Origin: Patescibacteria group bacterium
GTDB taxonomy: Bacteria > Patescibacteriota > Patescibacteriia > UBA10025 > JAHIVO01
Assembly: GCA_041660605.1 (NCBI GenBank)
Contig: JBAZWB010000001.1
Location: 329,295 to 393,294 of the forward strand
DNA length: 64,000 nt
Direction: 5' to 3'
Made by a program: the position numbers and the translations under genes
Part shown: piece after piece, positions 26,947 through 36,805 of the stretch
Numbering within the stretch: position 1 is the first letter of the stretch
Layout: every line of letters starts with the position of its first letter
The notes under the pieces: generated by a model
Database searches by the model: none
What the model was told of the DNA's origin: nothing
What the model saw: only the letters and a program-made list of their open reading frames with translations

Positions 26947-29067
26947 ATGCCAAAAAAAATACCAAAATATAATAAAAAAGCGAAGGAAAAGGGCAATCTA
27001 GACAATTCTTCGACTGTTGAAAATACCCCGGAGGAATTAAAAAACGAAATTGCTCAGACGAAAAAAATCACCGTTGAAGATGATGATGTTATTCGTGAAG
27101 ACTCGGATATCGGACTGCCGGTAAATAAGTCAAAATTATCCTTTGACGATTTCAATAGCATCTACAAAAGCAAAAAAGGAGAAAGCGTGGACATGAGCAG
27201 AATAGAAAGACGCGATCCGAACCGCAAAAAAAAGCTCGTCGCCTGGATAACGGCCGGACTGATCGTGCTGCTGGCAGTGACGGTAGCGGGTTTTTATTTT
27301 TTTGTGCACCATGAGAAGAAATTCGAAGGCGATAATATCACCATGTCCCTGGATGCGCCCGGAATAATTTCTTCGGGCACTGACGTTGGTTTGACTTTGG
27401 AGGTAAGCAATAATGAGCAGATAGATATCCTGAAAGCTGAGGTGACTATGCAGTTTCCCAGCGGTTTTACTTTCAGTTCCTCTTCGCCGGTTGCCCTGAA
27501 TGAAGCCAATAATGCCTGGGACCTGGGCGATATCAAAAGCGGACAGTCGAAAAAAGTCCTGATTACCGGCCGGGTTAACGGGGATATCGGGTCCGGCCTG
27601 ATGGCCACCGCAGTGCTGAATTACGTGCCGGCAAATTTTAATTCTGATTTTCAGAAGCGGGAAACTTTTACCCTGAATATTTCAGACAGTGCGGTCAGCC
27701 TGAATTTCGAAGTACCGCCAAAAGCCATCAGCGGCAGCAGCGCGGATTATAAGATAATAGTGAAAAATTCTTCAGCGGACGCGATGAAAAAAATGCAGTT
27801 AGCGCTGACTTTGCCGGAGGGATTTGAGGCGGATAATTTCAGTCCCCAGCCGACCTCGGAAAAGGACATGATCTGGGATATTGATTCCCTTGACGGCGGC
27901 CAGGAATATTCCCTGACCTGGAAAGGCGTGGTGACAGGGAACGAAGGGGAGATGAGGGAGCTCAAGGCAAAGGCGGGATATACCGATGACCAGGGTCAGT
28001 ATCATGAGCAGGCCGAGGAGGACACGATAATTTTTATTTTTAATCCGCAGCTTATACTGGGTCTCTCGATCCATGACAGCCTCACTGATGGAACCGTTTC
28101 ATTCGGAGAAAAGCTCGACTATGTGATTACCTTTCAAAACAAGAGCCAGTCGGAATTTAATAATCTGACTTTGCAGATGAACATTGTCAGCCCTTTGATT
28201 GACTGGCCGAGTCTGGCTGACGCATATAGCGGCTCACTTGGAGAGAATACAATCACCTGGGACAGCAGCCAGTGGAGCGCGCTGAAAAAGATTAAACCTG
28301 GCGATGAAGGAGTGTTGAGATTCAGCGTAGCCCTGAAAGATAATATTTTGACGCCCAATGACAATGATAAAAATTATGCCATTTTTTCACAAGCCAAGGC
28401 CAGCTCAACAGAGGTGGTTGATCTGGAAGGCGGTCTGAAAGTGGACAGCAATCAGATCAGCACAAAAGTAAACAGTCGCCTGGACCTGAAGGCAGAAGGC
28501 CGTTATTATAATGACGGATACATTGCCGTTGGCAGCGGACCATTGCCGCCTGAGGTGGGAGAAAAAACCACTTATCAGATTTACTGGTTTTTGCAGAATA
28601 ATGTTAATGAAGTAACAGACGCGCAGGCCAGCGCGGTTTTGCCGGAAGGCGTTGACTGGGCTGATGACAGCTCTGTTTCAGCCGGGTCAATAAATTATAA
28701 TGCAGAAACTAGGACGGTTACCTGGTCTATAAATAAAATTCCGATTCATGTCGGCCAGCAGATACCGGAGCTGGAAGCGCGTTTTGCCGTTTCCATTATT
28801 CCCACCGCAGATGATTTGGGAAATATTCTGGTTTTGCTGGATAAGAGCACGGCCACAGCCAGAGATACCTTTACCGCGCAGAATTTAAGTGTTACCCAGG
28901 ATATAATCACTTCCGAACTGCCAAACGACCCGCTGGGTACCGGTAAAGGCATTGTGGTCGGCACCGGCGCGACAAATAGCAATTCAAATTCCAATACGAA
29001 TACAAGTACGAATATAAATTCCGCTACGAATAAAAATTCAAATTCCAATACGAATACTGCACATTAG
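26947..29067 (+). CDS. Membrane-anchored large surface protein with repeated beta-rich (DUF11/CARDB-like) domains and an Asn/Ser/Thr-rich C-terminal tail
   Basis: 706 aa. Single TM helix near residue 100 (LVAWITAGLIVLLAVTVAGFYFFV). C-terminus NSNSNSNTNTSTNINSATNKNSNSNTNTAH encoded by short nucleotide repeats. Confidence 0.55.
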   Translation: MPKKIPKYNKKAKEKGNLDNSSTVENTPEELKNEIAQTKKITVEDDDVIREDSDIGLPVNKSKLSFDDFNSIYKSKKGESVDMSRIERRDPNRKKKLVAWITAGLIVLLAVTVAGFYFFVHHEKKFEGDNITMSLDAPGIISSGTDVGLTLEVSNNEQIDILKAEVTMQFPSGFTFSSSSPVALNEANNAWDLGDIKSGQSKKVLITGRVNGDIGSGLMATAVLNYVPANFNSDFQKRETFTLNISDSAVSLNFEVPPKAISGSSADYKIIVKNSSADAMKKMQLALTLPEGFEADNFSPQPTSEKDMIWDIDSLDGGQEYSLTWKGVVTGNEGEMRELKAKAGYTDDQGQYHEQAEEDTIIFIFNPQLILGLSIHDSLTDGTVSFGEKLDYVITFQNKSQSEFNNLTLQMNIVSPLIDWPSLADAYSGSLGENTITWDSSQWSALKKIKPGDEGVLRFSVALKDNILTPNDNDKNYAIFSQAKASSTEVVDLEGGLKVDSNQISTKVNSRLDLKAEGRYYNDGYIAVGSGPLPPEVGEKTTYQIYWFLQNNVNEVTDAQASAVLPEGVDWADDSSVSAGSINYNAETRTVTWSINKIPIHVGQQIPELEARFAVSIIPTADDLGNILVLLDKSTATARDTFTAQNLSVTQDIITSELPNDPLGTGKGIVVGTGATNSNSNSNTNTSTNINSATNKNSNSNTNTAH

Positions 29068-29732
29068 CCGGCAGTCTGGTTCTGGGCTGTCTGATCCGTT
29101 TTATTATTGCCAGGGTTTTCCTCTTTTTGCACGAAGTGCAGGATAATGCTCAGGGCGGCAAAAAATACCGCCAGCCACATAACAATTTCCGACAGATCAA
29201 TAGTGAATTTGCTGTTTAAATTGATAAGCAGTATCAGCAAGCTCAGGCTCTCCAGAGCCATTTTTATTTTACCGGCGTTGTTGGCGCCCAACTTGCGGCG
29301 GATTTTGAACAATTTTGCCATTAATGGCCCCAGCACGATGGCCAGAAAAATCAGAAAGGTTTCCAGCGCAACGATCGTGACTATAACTTCATGGCTCAAG
29401 CGGCCTGGCGCCAGCATCAGCAGCATTCCCAGGAACAGGATTTTATCCGCTGCCGGATCAAGAAGTTTGCCCAGATTTGTCACCCGCTGGTAAAAACGCG
29501 CATACGGCCCGTCCAGCAGATCAGTCAAGATGGCGACGATTAAAAAAAGTATTACCCATGGATATGCCCCTTGCCGGTAGATAAAATAAATGGGTATAAT
29601 TAACAAAGCGCGGACGGAGGTCAGCAGGTTGGGTGAAATTTTTTCCGGAATGATTTTTGCCAGTTTTATCACCAAACGCTCCTTAGTGTTCATTATTGAT
29701 CTCAATAGTTTGAAATTCTGAATTTTGCTCAT
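29064..29732 (-). CDS. pgsA: CDP-alcohol phosphatidyltransferase (phosphatidylglycerophosphate synthase-like)
   Basis: 222 aa. DLLDGPYARFYQRVTNLGKLLDPAADK = the D-G-x2-A-R...G-x3-D-x3-D signature. Confidence 0.75.
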   Translation of the reverse strand: MSKIQNFKLLRSIMNTKERLVIKLAKIIPEKISPNLLTSVRALLIIPIYFIYRQGAYPWVILFLIVAILTDLLDGPYARFYQRVTNLGKLLDPAADKILFLGMLLMLAPGRLSHEVIVTIVALETFLIFLAIVLGPLMAKLFKIRRKLGANNAGKIKMALESLSLLILLINLNSKFTIDLSEIVMWLAVFFAALSIILHFVQKEENPGNNKTDQTAQNQTAG

Positions 29733-29760
29733 GCGTTAAATATAGAAGAAAATTCGACTA

Positions 29761-30873
29761 ATGTCTAATAATTTTTTACTTCAAAAAAAGAGCCGAAAGT
29801 CATCCGCCAGAGCGGGAAAGCTGCGGACCATTCACGGAATTATAGATACCCCCTTTTTCATGCCCATCGCTACCCGAGGTGCCGTTAAAACCCTGAGCAG
29901 CGATGAGATAGTCTTTCTTGGCGCGCAGATAATATTATCAAATACCTATCATTTGTGGCAGCGGCCGGGCTTGCCAGTGGTTAAAAAGGCCGGCGGCCTG
30001 CATAAATTCATGAATTGGAAAAAACCGATCCTGACGGATTCGGGCGGGTATCAGGTTTTTTCCCTGGCGCGCTCCAGAAAAATAACCGAACAGGGCGTTA
30101 ATTTTGTCTCAGAAATTGACGGGCGCCGGCATCTGTTGACGCCCGAGCGCGCCATTGAGATACAGAGAATCCTCGGCAGCGATATCATCATGTGCCTGGA
30201 CGAGTGCGCGCCTTATCCGTCCGCCAAGGAGTACATAAAAAAATCCGTGGAACTGACTACCCGCTGGGCGGCACGCTGCCAGAAATATTTTAAGAAAAAA
30301 AAGATGAGAGGACAGCAGATTTTTGGAATTGTTCAGGGTTCAATTTACCGGCAGAGCCGCTTAAAGAGCGCGGCGGATTTGCTGAAAATAAATTTTGACG
30401 GCTACGCAGTCGGCGGGCTGGCAGTCGGCGAGCCGGCAAAAAAAATGTATGAGGTACTGGATTACACGGTGCCTGCTTTGCTGGAGAACAAGCCCCGCTA
30501 CCTGATGGGCGCCGGCAAGCCGGAACAAATCGTCCAGGCGGTGAAACGGGGGATAGACATGTTTGACTGCGTCATACCCACGCGCAACGCCCGGCACGGA
30601 TTGCTTTATAAATTCAAGCCGTCGGTTGATTTAAACCGGAATAAATTTTATGAAGAGATACGCATCAAGCAGTCAAAATATGCAGGTGATTTCAGGCCGT
30701 TAGATGAGCACTGCCAATGCCCTGCCTGCCGGGGTTATTCCCGCGCTTATCTGCGCCATTTGTTCATGATTAACGAAACTCTGGCCTGGCGCCTGGCCAC
30801 CCTGCACAACGTCAGTTTTTATCTGGATTTAATGAAAAAGATCCGCCAGAAAATTTTACGGGGTCAGTTTTAG
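29761..30873 (+). CDS. tgt: Queuine tRNA-ribosyltransferase (tRNA-guanine transglycosylase)
   Basis: 370 aa. LTDSGGYQVFSL catalytic motif; C-terminal zinc site CQCPACRGYSRAYLRHL. Confidence 0.85.
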   Translation: MSNNFLLQKKSRKSSARAGKLRTIHGIIDTPFFMPIATRGAVKTLSSDEIVFLGAQIILSNTYHLWQRPGLPVVKKAGGLHKFMNWKKPILTDSGGYQVFSLARSRKITEQGVNFVSEIDGRRHLLTPERAIEIQRILGSDIIMCLDECAPYPSAKEYIKKSVELTTRWAARCQKYFKKKKMRGQQIFGIVQGSIYRQSRLKSAADLLKINFDGYAVGGLAVGEPAKKMYEVLDYTVPALLENKPRYLMGAGKPEQIVQAVKRGIDMFDCVIPTRNARHGLLYKFKPSVDLNRNKFYEEIRIKQSKYAGDFRPLDEHCQCPACRGYSRAYLRHLFMINETLAWRLATLHNVSFYLDLMKKIRQKILRGQF

Positions 30874-30972
30874 CTTGCTGTTTACCTTATTGCGCCCAGT
30901 AATGGACTTATTGACTTTAAAATGATTATGTGGTTAGTTTATGATAGAATGTATTGATATCTATATAATATT

Positions 30973-31392
30973 ATGTCGAAATTGGCAGAAGAATACCTTT
31001 CTTGGGAAGAGACTGAAGGAAAAAAAATAAGGTCTTATACTACTTTAGATTGTAATTCTAAAGAAGTTTTGGTTTGTCCTAAAAATCCGTCGAAACATTC
31101 TAGTCATCATCGACTGGATAATGACCCTACCGTTTTTTATAATTTAAAAAATGTAATTTCACACCCAAACAAAATTATAAAGTCAAAATCTGAAAACCCT
31201 ATATCAAAGCAACATAAAAAAACTGGTAAAATCATTGTTTATACAAAGAAAAATTTTATTGAAGAACTAAATTTACCTGGAGGAAATCAAATTGGTGATG
31301 TTGATGTAGTTGTTAAATATGGAGACAAGGAGACTGGAAAAAATTTTACTTTAACTTATATTATTAAACCTGCATCAGAAAAATTATCATGA
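30973..31392 (+). CDS. Hypothetical protein, first gene of an A+T-rich three-gene cassette
   Basis: 139 aa; its stop overlaps the next start (ATGA); very A+T-rich compared with flanking genes (by eye). Confidence 0.45.
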   Translation: MSKLAEEYLSWEETEGKKIRSYTTLDCNSKEVLVCPKNPSKHSSHHRLDNDPTVFYNLKNVISHPNKIIKSKSENPISKQHKKTGKIIVYTKKNFIEELNLPGGNQIGDVDVVVKYGDKETGKNFTLTYIIKPASEKLS

Positions 31393-31655
31393 AGGTCCCA
31401 AATTTAACAAATTGGTATATTTCATATAACCCTTATACGGATTTTTTCCAAATTTATAATAAGGATATGTTAAAGTTTTATAAAAATGAGCTTAAACAAA
31501 AAAAGAGGCGTGGTGTGAGTTTTTATTTCAACAAAAATAAATTAATTTTAATCGAGGTTAATGATATTTATAATAGATTTGGAAAAGATATTGATAATTT
31601 AGAGAAAAAAGAAGTTGTTAATTTAATTAGACCTTTAATTAAATCTTATGTATAA
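31389..31655 (+). CDS. Hypothetical protein, second gene of the A+T-rich cassette
   Basis: 88 aa; overlapping start/stop with neighbours on both sides. Confidence 0.4.
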   Translation: MKVPNLTNWYISYNPYTDFFQIYNKDMLKFYKNELKQKKRRGVSFYFNKNKLILIEVNDIYNRFGKDIDNLEKKEVVNLIRPLIKSYV

Positions 31656-31932
31656 TAAACCTATGAATGAGCAAAAAAAACAAGTAAATATCGTAATTAC
31701 TAATAAACCCATAGCAACTTCGGTCGACGGAAATAATATTAGAATCCAAAATAACGAACAAGTTGAAATAAATTTTTTTCAAATTATTCAACAACACGAT
31801 AATACAATTGATGCTATTGGTACGGCTAGCGTAAGAATGTCTTTGGCACAGCTTGAACAATTTGTTAAAACAGCTAGTATGGCAATTGAGGATTCAAAAA
31901 AGAAAAAGCAAGTGACAAATGGTGGACAATAA
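31648..31932 (+). CDS. Hypothetical protein, third gene of the cassette; weak resemblance to DUF3467-type small proteins
   Basis: 94 aa. EINFFQIIQQHDNTIDAIGTASVRMSLAQLEQFVKTASMAIE loosely follows the DUF3467 pattern (from memory). Confidence 0.45.
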   Translation: MYNKPMNEQKKQVNIVITNKPIATSVDGNNIRIQNNEQVEINFFQIIQQHDNTIDAIGTASVRMSLAQLEQFVKTASMAIEDSKKKKQVTNGGQ

Positions 31933-32145
31933 AAATAACTTCGTCGCTCTCTTAGATAAAGCTATCCAACCAGGAGATTTAAAAAGATTCTCAAAAATCT
32001 GTCTGTTCCGGTGGTTATAGTAAAAAAACTCATCTAAATGATTTAGTCTATTAAAGGCCTTATCTATTATTAAAAGATAAGTAGTTTTAACCAGCCCTAT
32101 ACAAAAGTGCTGATTTTTTTTATAATGACTATGGAGGCCTAATTT

Positions 32146-32445
32146 ATGAAAAAGATTACAGTTGTCATCGGAATTATCGCGGTTATACTGATTGCCGTGA
32201 CTTTTTACGTAGTAAAACAGAACAGTCAGGAAGCGGATAATACCGCGAACGCGAACAGCGCTTTGAGGTATGGTGAACTGCCGTCCGAGAATGAAGCTCC
32301 AGATGACTGCTACCGGCGTTACAATGAACAGTTCCCCGGCGTCTTCAGGAGCGGCGAAATGGACTGTCTGGAGACTGATCAGGCAAAATGCCCTTGCTGG
32401 GCGGCTGATAAGAATATTTGCGTGCCCCAGAGGCACTGTATTTAA
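32146..32445 (+). CDS. Small membrane-anchored or secreted Cys-rich protein
   Basis: 99 aa; N-terminal hydrophobic helix; 6 Cys in the C-terminal 45 aa (CYRRY...CLETDQAKCPCWAADKNICVPQRHC). Confidence 0.45.
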   Translation: MKKITVVIGIIAVILIAVTFYVVKQNSQEADNTANANSALRYGELPSENEAPDDCYRRYNEQFPGVFRSGEMDCLETDQAKCPCWAADKNICVPQRHCI

Positions 32446-32450
32446 ATTAT

Positions 32451-32822
32451 ATGAAAGAATTTTTCAGGCCAACAAAACTAAAGCTGATATTAACGTTCCT
32501 GCTGCCATTCTATTTGGGGATCATTTATGAAATTTCCCAGACGGGGAGCGGCACAGAGGCGGTCGCCACGCCAAATTTTACGGTCAGTTTATTGCCTTAT
32601 ATTTTACTGATTTTTGGGGCAGTGGCGCTGTGGGCGAACAAGGAAGGTTTTTTTGACAAATTATCCCTGATTACGACAGGGCAGGCTGTCTGGTATTTTT
32701 GCCTGGAGGTGATCCTGCCGCTGATCGTAAATTATTTACTGGCCTGTCTGATCGCGTTTATATATTATAAAATAAAAAATCATCATCCCGCGGTCAGGCC
32801 TGCCAATCCAGAAGTAAGATAA
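32451..32822 (+). CDS. Small hypothetical membrane protein
   Basis: About 123 aa from the internal ATG at 32451, chosen to avoid overlap with the upstream ORF; 3 hydrophobic helices. Confidence 0.4.
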   Translation: MKEFFRPTKLKLILTFLLPFYLGIIYEISQTGSGTEAVATPNFTVSLLPYILLIFGAVALWANKEGFFDKLSLITTGQAVWYFCLEVILPLIVNYLLACLIAFIYYKIKNHHPAVRPANPEVR

Positions 32823-32909
32823 GTTTTACCGCAATCCGGCATACTTATTAACAGTTGTTATTTTTTGAGTTTTTGATAGAATAACAATTACCCATATTTT
32901 AAATATCTT

Positions 32910-33638
32910 ATGGAAAATGAAAATCAAAATTTAACCAAACGGCAGAGGCGCGAAATGCGCAAACAGGAAAAATCCGTTCAGCAGCAGAAAGAAAAAAGGA
33001 ATAACAAAATTACCGTTTGGCTGGTTGTTTTGTTTATAATATTGGTTATCGGAGGCGTAATTTTTTTGGTGGTTAAATCTAATAAAGATTCAAACAGTAA
33101 TACCAATAATAGCGTCAGTACAGCTGACCTGCCTTATCTGGGCGGAGCAAACGCCGGCGTAGTGATGATTGAATATTCAGATTTCAGCTGTCCGGCCTGC
33201 GCGGCCGTCAGCGGTACGGTCAAACAGCTTGCCGATCTTTACGGCGATCAGATAAAGATAGTTTTCAATAGTTTCAATCTTGGGCATAAATGGTCTGAGA
33301 AAAGCCTGGAAGCGGGACAATGCGCTTTTGAACAAGGCAAGTTCTGGGAATTGGGGGCCTTAATGTTTGATAGCCAGGCGGACTGGACCTCAGACAATGG
33401 TGCCGTGGATATCATCAAAGGTTATGCCAAGCAAGTGGGTCTGGATGAAACTAAGTTTAATGAATGCCTTGATTCTGGCCGTATGGCAGATGAAATAAAG
33501 AAAGAAACAAACGCCGCCATTTCCAGCAGCATAAATTCCACTCCTACCTTCAGTATCAATGGCCGGAAAATTCTTGGCGCGGTGGCTATAGATGAGTTCA
33601 AAAAAATTATCGACGAAGAATTAAATAAATTAAAATAA
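32910..33638 (+). CDS. DsbA-family thiol:disulfide oxidoreductase with N-terminal membrane anchor
   Basis: 242 aa. TM helix, then a thioredoxin fold with CPAC active site (YSDFSCPACAAV). Confidence 0.7.
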   Translation: MENENQNLTKRQRREMRKQEKSVQQQKEKRNNKITVWLVVLFIILVIGGVIFLVVKSNKDSNSNTNNSVSTADLPYLGGANAGVVMIEYSDFSCPACAAVSGTVKQLADLYGDQIKIVFNSFNLGHKWSEKSLEAGQCAFEQGKFWELGALMFDSQADWTSDNGAVDIIKGYAKQVGLDETKFNECLDSGRMADEIKKETNAAISSSINSTPTFSINGRKILGAVAIDEFKKIIDEELNKLK

Positions 33639-33655
33639 AAAAGAAAGGCACCACA

Positions 33656-34135
33656 ATGATCAATTTCCGCAAGGCTACTTGTGAAGACAGCCCGGCTGTT
33701 TCTCGGCTCCTGAGAAGCAAATACAGTTTTACTACTTCTGATGAAGCGGCAGCAACTTATAATTCAGAATGCCTTGCCCAGCACTACCGTTTGGCGGAGA
33801 GGGAAGGCAAAATTATCGGCCTGGTAAGCTGGCGGCCGCAGGGCATCGCCAAGCATGGTGTGGCGGAATTAACCCGTATCGCCGTTGATTCAGATGAACC
33901 TGATATCAAAACGGTCAAGGAAATGCTTTTTGATGTGACGGTGGCGGAGGCGGATTATTATTATAAGCAGCATGACTCCAAGCTGAGGAAAGTGTTTTCC
34001 ATGATACACGCCGATAATGTCCAAATCAGGAATTTTTTTGTTGATAAGGGCATGAGGCAGGAAGCGGTGCTGAAAGATCATTTTTATTCCGGAAAAGATG
34101 AGCTGGTGTTTTCTCTTTTTTTCCCAACCGTATGA
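33656..34135 (+). CDS. GNAT-family N-acetyltransferase
   Basis: 159 aa; acetyl-CoA-binding-like motif region (RIAVDSDEPDIK...). Confidence 0.55.
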   Translation: MINFRKATCEDSPAVSRLLRSKYSFTTSDEAAATYNSECLAQHYRLAEREGKIIGLVSWRPQGIAKHGVAELTRIAVDSDEPDIKTVKEMLFDVTVAEADYYYKQHDSKLRKVFSMIHADNVQIRNFFVDKGMRQEAVLKDHFYSGKDELVFSLFFPTV

Positions 34136-34623
34136 AATCATTTATAAACAAAACCGCTGTTTTTATTGCCAGCGGTTTTAACGCCGGTTATCTGCCGATC
34201 GGACCAGGTACCTGGGGAGCGGGAACGATGGCGGTGGCCGCCTGGTGGCTAGTTGATCTGCCGCTGGTTTATTATCTGGCAGTCATTGTTTTCTTATTTT
34301 TTTTGGGGGCAGCAGTGTCCGGTCCGGCGGACAGTTATTTTTCTATCAAAAGCGGCAAAGCTCATGACAATGATCAGATAGTTATTGATGAATGGATGGG
34401 CATGCTGATAACGCTTTTACCGTTCTATTATTTCGGAAAAAGCCTGCCGATGCTGATAGTAGGTTTTTTGCTGTTCAGGGTTTTTGACACGGTAAAAATT
34501 GGGCTGGTGGCTCTGGCCGACCGGATAGATAATCGCTGGGGAGTGATGATTGACGATCTGGCGGCCGGCCTGTACGCGGGTATTTTCTTTTTCCTGGCCA
34601 TATGGTTTACTAAGATTATATGA
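34132..34623 (+). CDS. pgpA: Phosphatidylglycerophosphatase A
   Basis: 163 aa. LLFRVFDTVKIGLVALADRIDNRWGVMIDDLAAG matches the PgpA C-terminal signature. Confidence 0.7.
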   Translation: MKSFINKTAVFIASGFNAGYLPIGPGTWGAGTMAVAAWWLVDLPLVYYLAVIVFLFFLGAAVSGPADSYFSIKSGKAHDNDQIVIDEWMGMLITLLPFYYFGKSLPMLIVGFLLFRVFDTVKIGLVALADRIDNRWGVMIDDLAAGLYAGIFFFLAIWFTKII

Positions 34624-35579
34624 AATTATTAGTGGCCATACCGGCCTTTAATGAGGAAAAAACCGTTTCTGAGGTGATTAAAAATATTCCCCGCTCAATA
34701 AGCGGAATTGAAACACTAGATATATTGGTCATTAATGACGGTTCCAATGATAATACGAAAAAATTAGCGTCTGCGGCGGGCGCCCGCGTTTTTGATTTTC
34801 CCGAGCATCTCGGACTGGCCAAAGCCTTTCAAAAGGCGGTGGATACGGCTTTGTCTGAACATTACGACATTTTGGTTAATATTGACGCGGATATGCAGTT
34901 TGACCCCCATGATATTCCTAAGCTGGTAGCGCCGGTAGCCAGCGGGCAGGCGGATTGTGTTACCGCCTCGCGTTTCAAGGATGCTAGTTTAATACCGCCA
35001 ATGCCGGTTTCCAAGAAATGGGGCAACAGGAAAGTAGCCTCATTGATTAGTTTTATTACCGGTCATAAGTTATATGACGTTTCCTGCGGCTTTCGCGCTT
35101 ACTCCCGTGAAGCGCTTCTTAATCTTAACCTCTTCAGTAAATTTACTTATACCCACGAAACCATTTTGAATCTGGCATTTAAGGGCTTGACTGTTTTGGA
35201 AATGCCTATCAAAGTGCGTGGGGAACGGCAGTATGGCGAGTCGAAAATCGCCCGTAGTTTATGGAAATACGGCTACAATATTTTTAACACGATTTTCCGC
35301 ACTATCCTGGATTATAAACCTTTGAAGTTTTTCGGCTGGGCGGGGGCAAGCTTATTCTCGATTGGCATTATATTAGACCTGTTTATTTTTATTCGCTTAT
35401 TGGCAATTGGCGAAGTCTCCCCCTATAAAACCGTTGGATTTCTCGGCCTGGCCCTGAATATTTTCGGACTGCTGCTGTTTATTGTCGGACTATTAGCCGA
35501 TAGCATAAACAGAACCAGGATTACCCAGGAAAGAGTATTGTATGAGGTGAAAAAAATTAATTTAAAAAGCAGAAATTGA
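34620..35579 (+). CDS. Glycosyltransferase family 2 (polyprenyl-phosphate sugar transferase-like) with C-terminal TM helices
   Basis: 319 aa. IPAFNEE start, DxD-type NIDADMQFD motif, two C-terminal TM helices. Confidence 0.8.
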   Translation: MKLLVAIPAFNEEKTVSEVIKNIPRSISGIETLDILVINDGSNDNTKKLASAAGARVFDFPEHLGLAKAFQKAVDTALSEHYDILVNIDADMQFDPHDIPKLVAPVASGQADCVTASRFKDASLIPPMPVSKKWGNRKVASLISFITGHKLYDVSCGFRAYSREALLNLNLFSKFTYTHETILNLAFKGLTVLEMPIKVRGERQYGESKIARSLWKYGYNIFNTIFRTILDYKPLKFFGWAGASLFSIGIILDLFIFIRLLAIGEVSPYKTVGFLGLALNIFGLLLFIVGLLADSINRTRITQERVLYEVKKINLKSRN

Positions 35580-35580
35580 T

Positions 35581-36771
35581 ATGCGTATATGCGTTTTGAC
35601 CACTTCTTTCCCTACCGAAGAAAGGGGCTATCATGGTTTTTTCATATTTGAGCAAGCAATCCAGCTAGCACGGCGCGGTTTTCAAATAGAGGTGGTGGCG
35701 CCAAACAGCAGTTATCCTGCCAAGTCTATTGATGAAAAAAATTTGCACATCAGCCGTTTCAATTATTTTATTCCTCATAGATTGCAGCGGGTTGCGTACG
35801 GGAGCGGTATTGTTAATAATTTAAAAAAGAGTTTATTGGCAAAACTGCAGTTGCCGTTTTTTTTGCTTTTTTATTTTATCCAGTCCTTTAAATCTGCCAG
35901 GCAATGCGACATCTTGCATGCCCACTGGCTGCCTTCAGGGTTAATCGCCGTCATCTGCGGAAAATTATTAAAGAAACCTTCTATTGTTACGATACACGGT
36001 TCAGACCTAAATAGTTTTTCAAAATCCTTAGTATTTAAAAAAATTTGCGTGGTAATCTTTAAACGCATAAATCGGATTATTGTTGTCAGTGAATCGCTGA
36101 AGCATGCGGTAGAAGGCCTGGGCGCTGATCCAGGCAAGGTATTGATTATTCCTAACGGCATTCCGGACGCTGAAGTCTTTTTGTCCCTGCCTGTAAAAAA
36201 ACAGTGCGATTATAGATTATTGTGGGTGGGGCGCCTGATTCCGGAAAAAAATGTTGAGATGCTATTGAATTGTTTTATAAAAATAAAAAAAAGTTTTCCG
36301 AAGAGCAGCCTGGTGCTTATTGGCGATGGAACCGAGAGATCAAGATTGCAGAAATTTGCCGGGCAACATGGCATTGCCGGGAGTGTTGTCTTTTCTGGTT
36401 TCAGAAAACGGGATGAATTGCCGGAATATTATAAAGACGCGGATATTTTTGTTCTCCCTTCGAAAAATGAGGGATTCGGCGTGGTAGCTTTAGAGGCTAT
36501 GGCCAGCGCCAAACCGATAATAGCCAGCGACGTCGGCGGCCTTAGGGAAATAATAAAGAATGGGCATGACGGGTTGCTGGTCAGTCCAAGCGACTCGGAT
36601 GGGTTTGTAGAAAAAATTTCACAGCTTTTCAATAATGAAGATTATAGGCGGAGATTATCTGAGAATGCCCGTAAAAGCGCAGTTGAACGATATAGCTGGG
36701 ACAATATTACGCGGAAATTAACTACGCTGTATACGCAGTGCCTGGCAAATAAGCATAATTCTTACACTTAA
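35581..36771 (+). CDS. Glycosyltransferase family 4
   Basis: 396 aa. EGFGVVALEAMASAKPIIASDVGG motif. Confidence 0.8.
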   Translation: MRICVLTTSFPTEERGYHGFFIFEQAIQLARRGFQIEVVAPNSSYPAKSIDEKNLHISRFNYFIPHRLQRVAYGSGIVNNLKKSLLAKLQLPFFLLFYFIQSFKSARQCDILHAHWLPSGLIAVICGKLLKKPSIVTIHGSDLNSFSKSLVFKKICVVIFKRINRIIVVSESLKHAVEGLGADPGKVLIIPNGIPDAEVFLSLPVKKQCDYRLLWVGRLIPEKNVEMLLNCFIKIKKSFPKSSLVLIGDGTERSRLQKFAGQHGIAGSVVFSGFRKRDELPEYYKDADIFVLPSKNEGFGVVALEAMASAKPIIASDVGGLREIIKNGHDGLLVSPSDSDGFVEKISQLFNNEDYRRRLSENARKSAVERYSWDNITRKLTTLYTQCLANKHNSYT

Positions 36772-36805
36772 CAGGAAGAAGCCTGACCGGCTTCATTTCA
36801 CGTAA

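Noticed and set aside
28960-29050. Short nucleotide repeats (AATTCAAATTCCAATACGAATAC...) that could be mistaken for a CRISPR-like or tandem-repeat locus
   Set aside because: They are in-frame coding sequence for the Asn/Ser/Thr-rich C-terminal tail of the 706-aa surface protein. There are no regular spacer/repeat units and no cas genes anywhere in the window.
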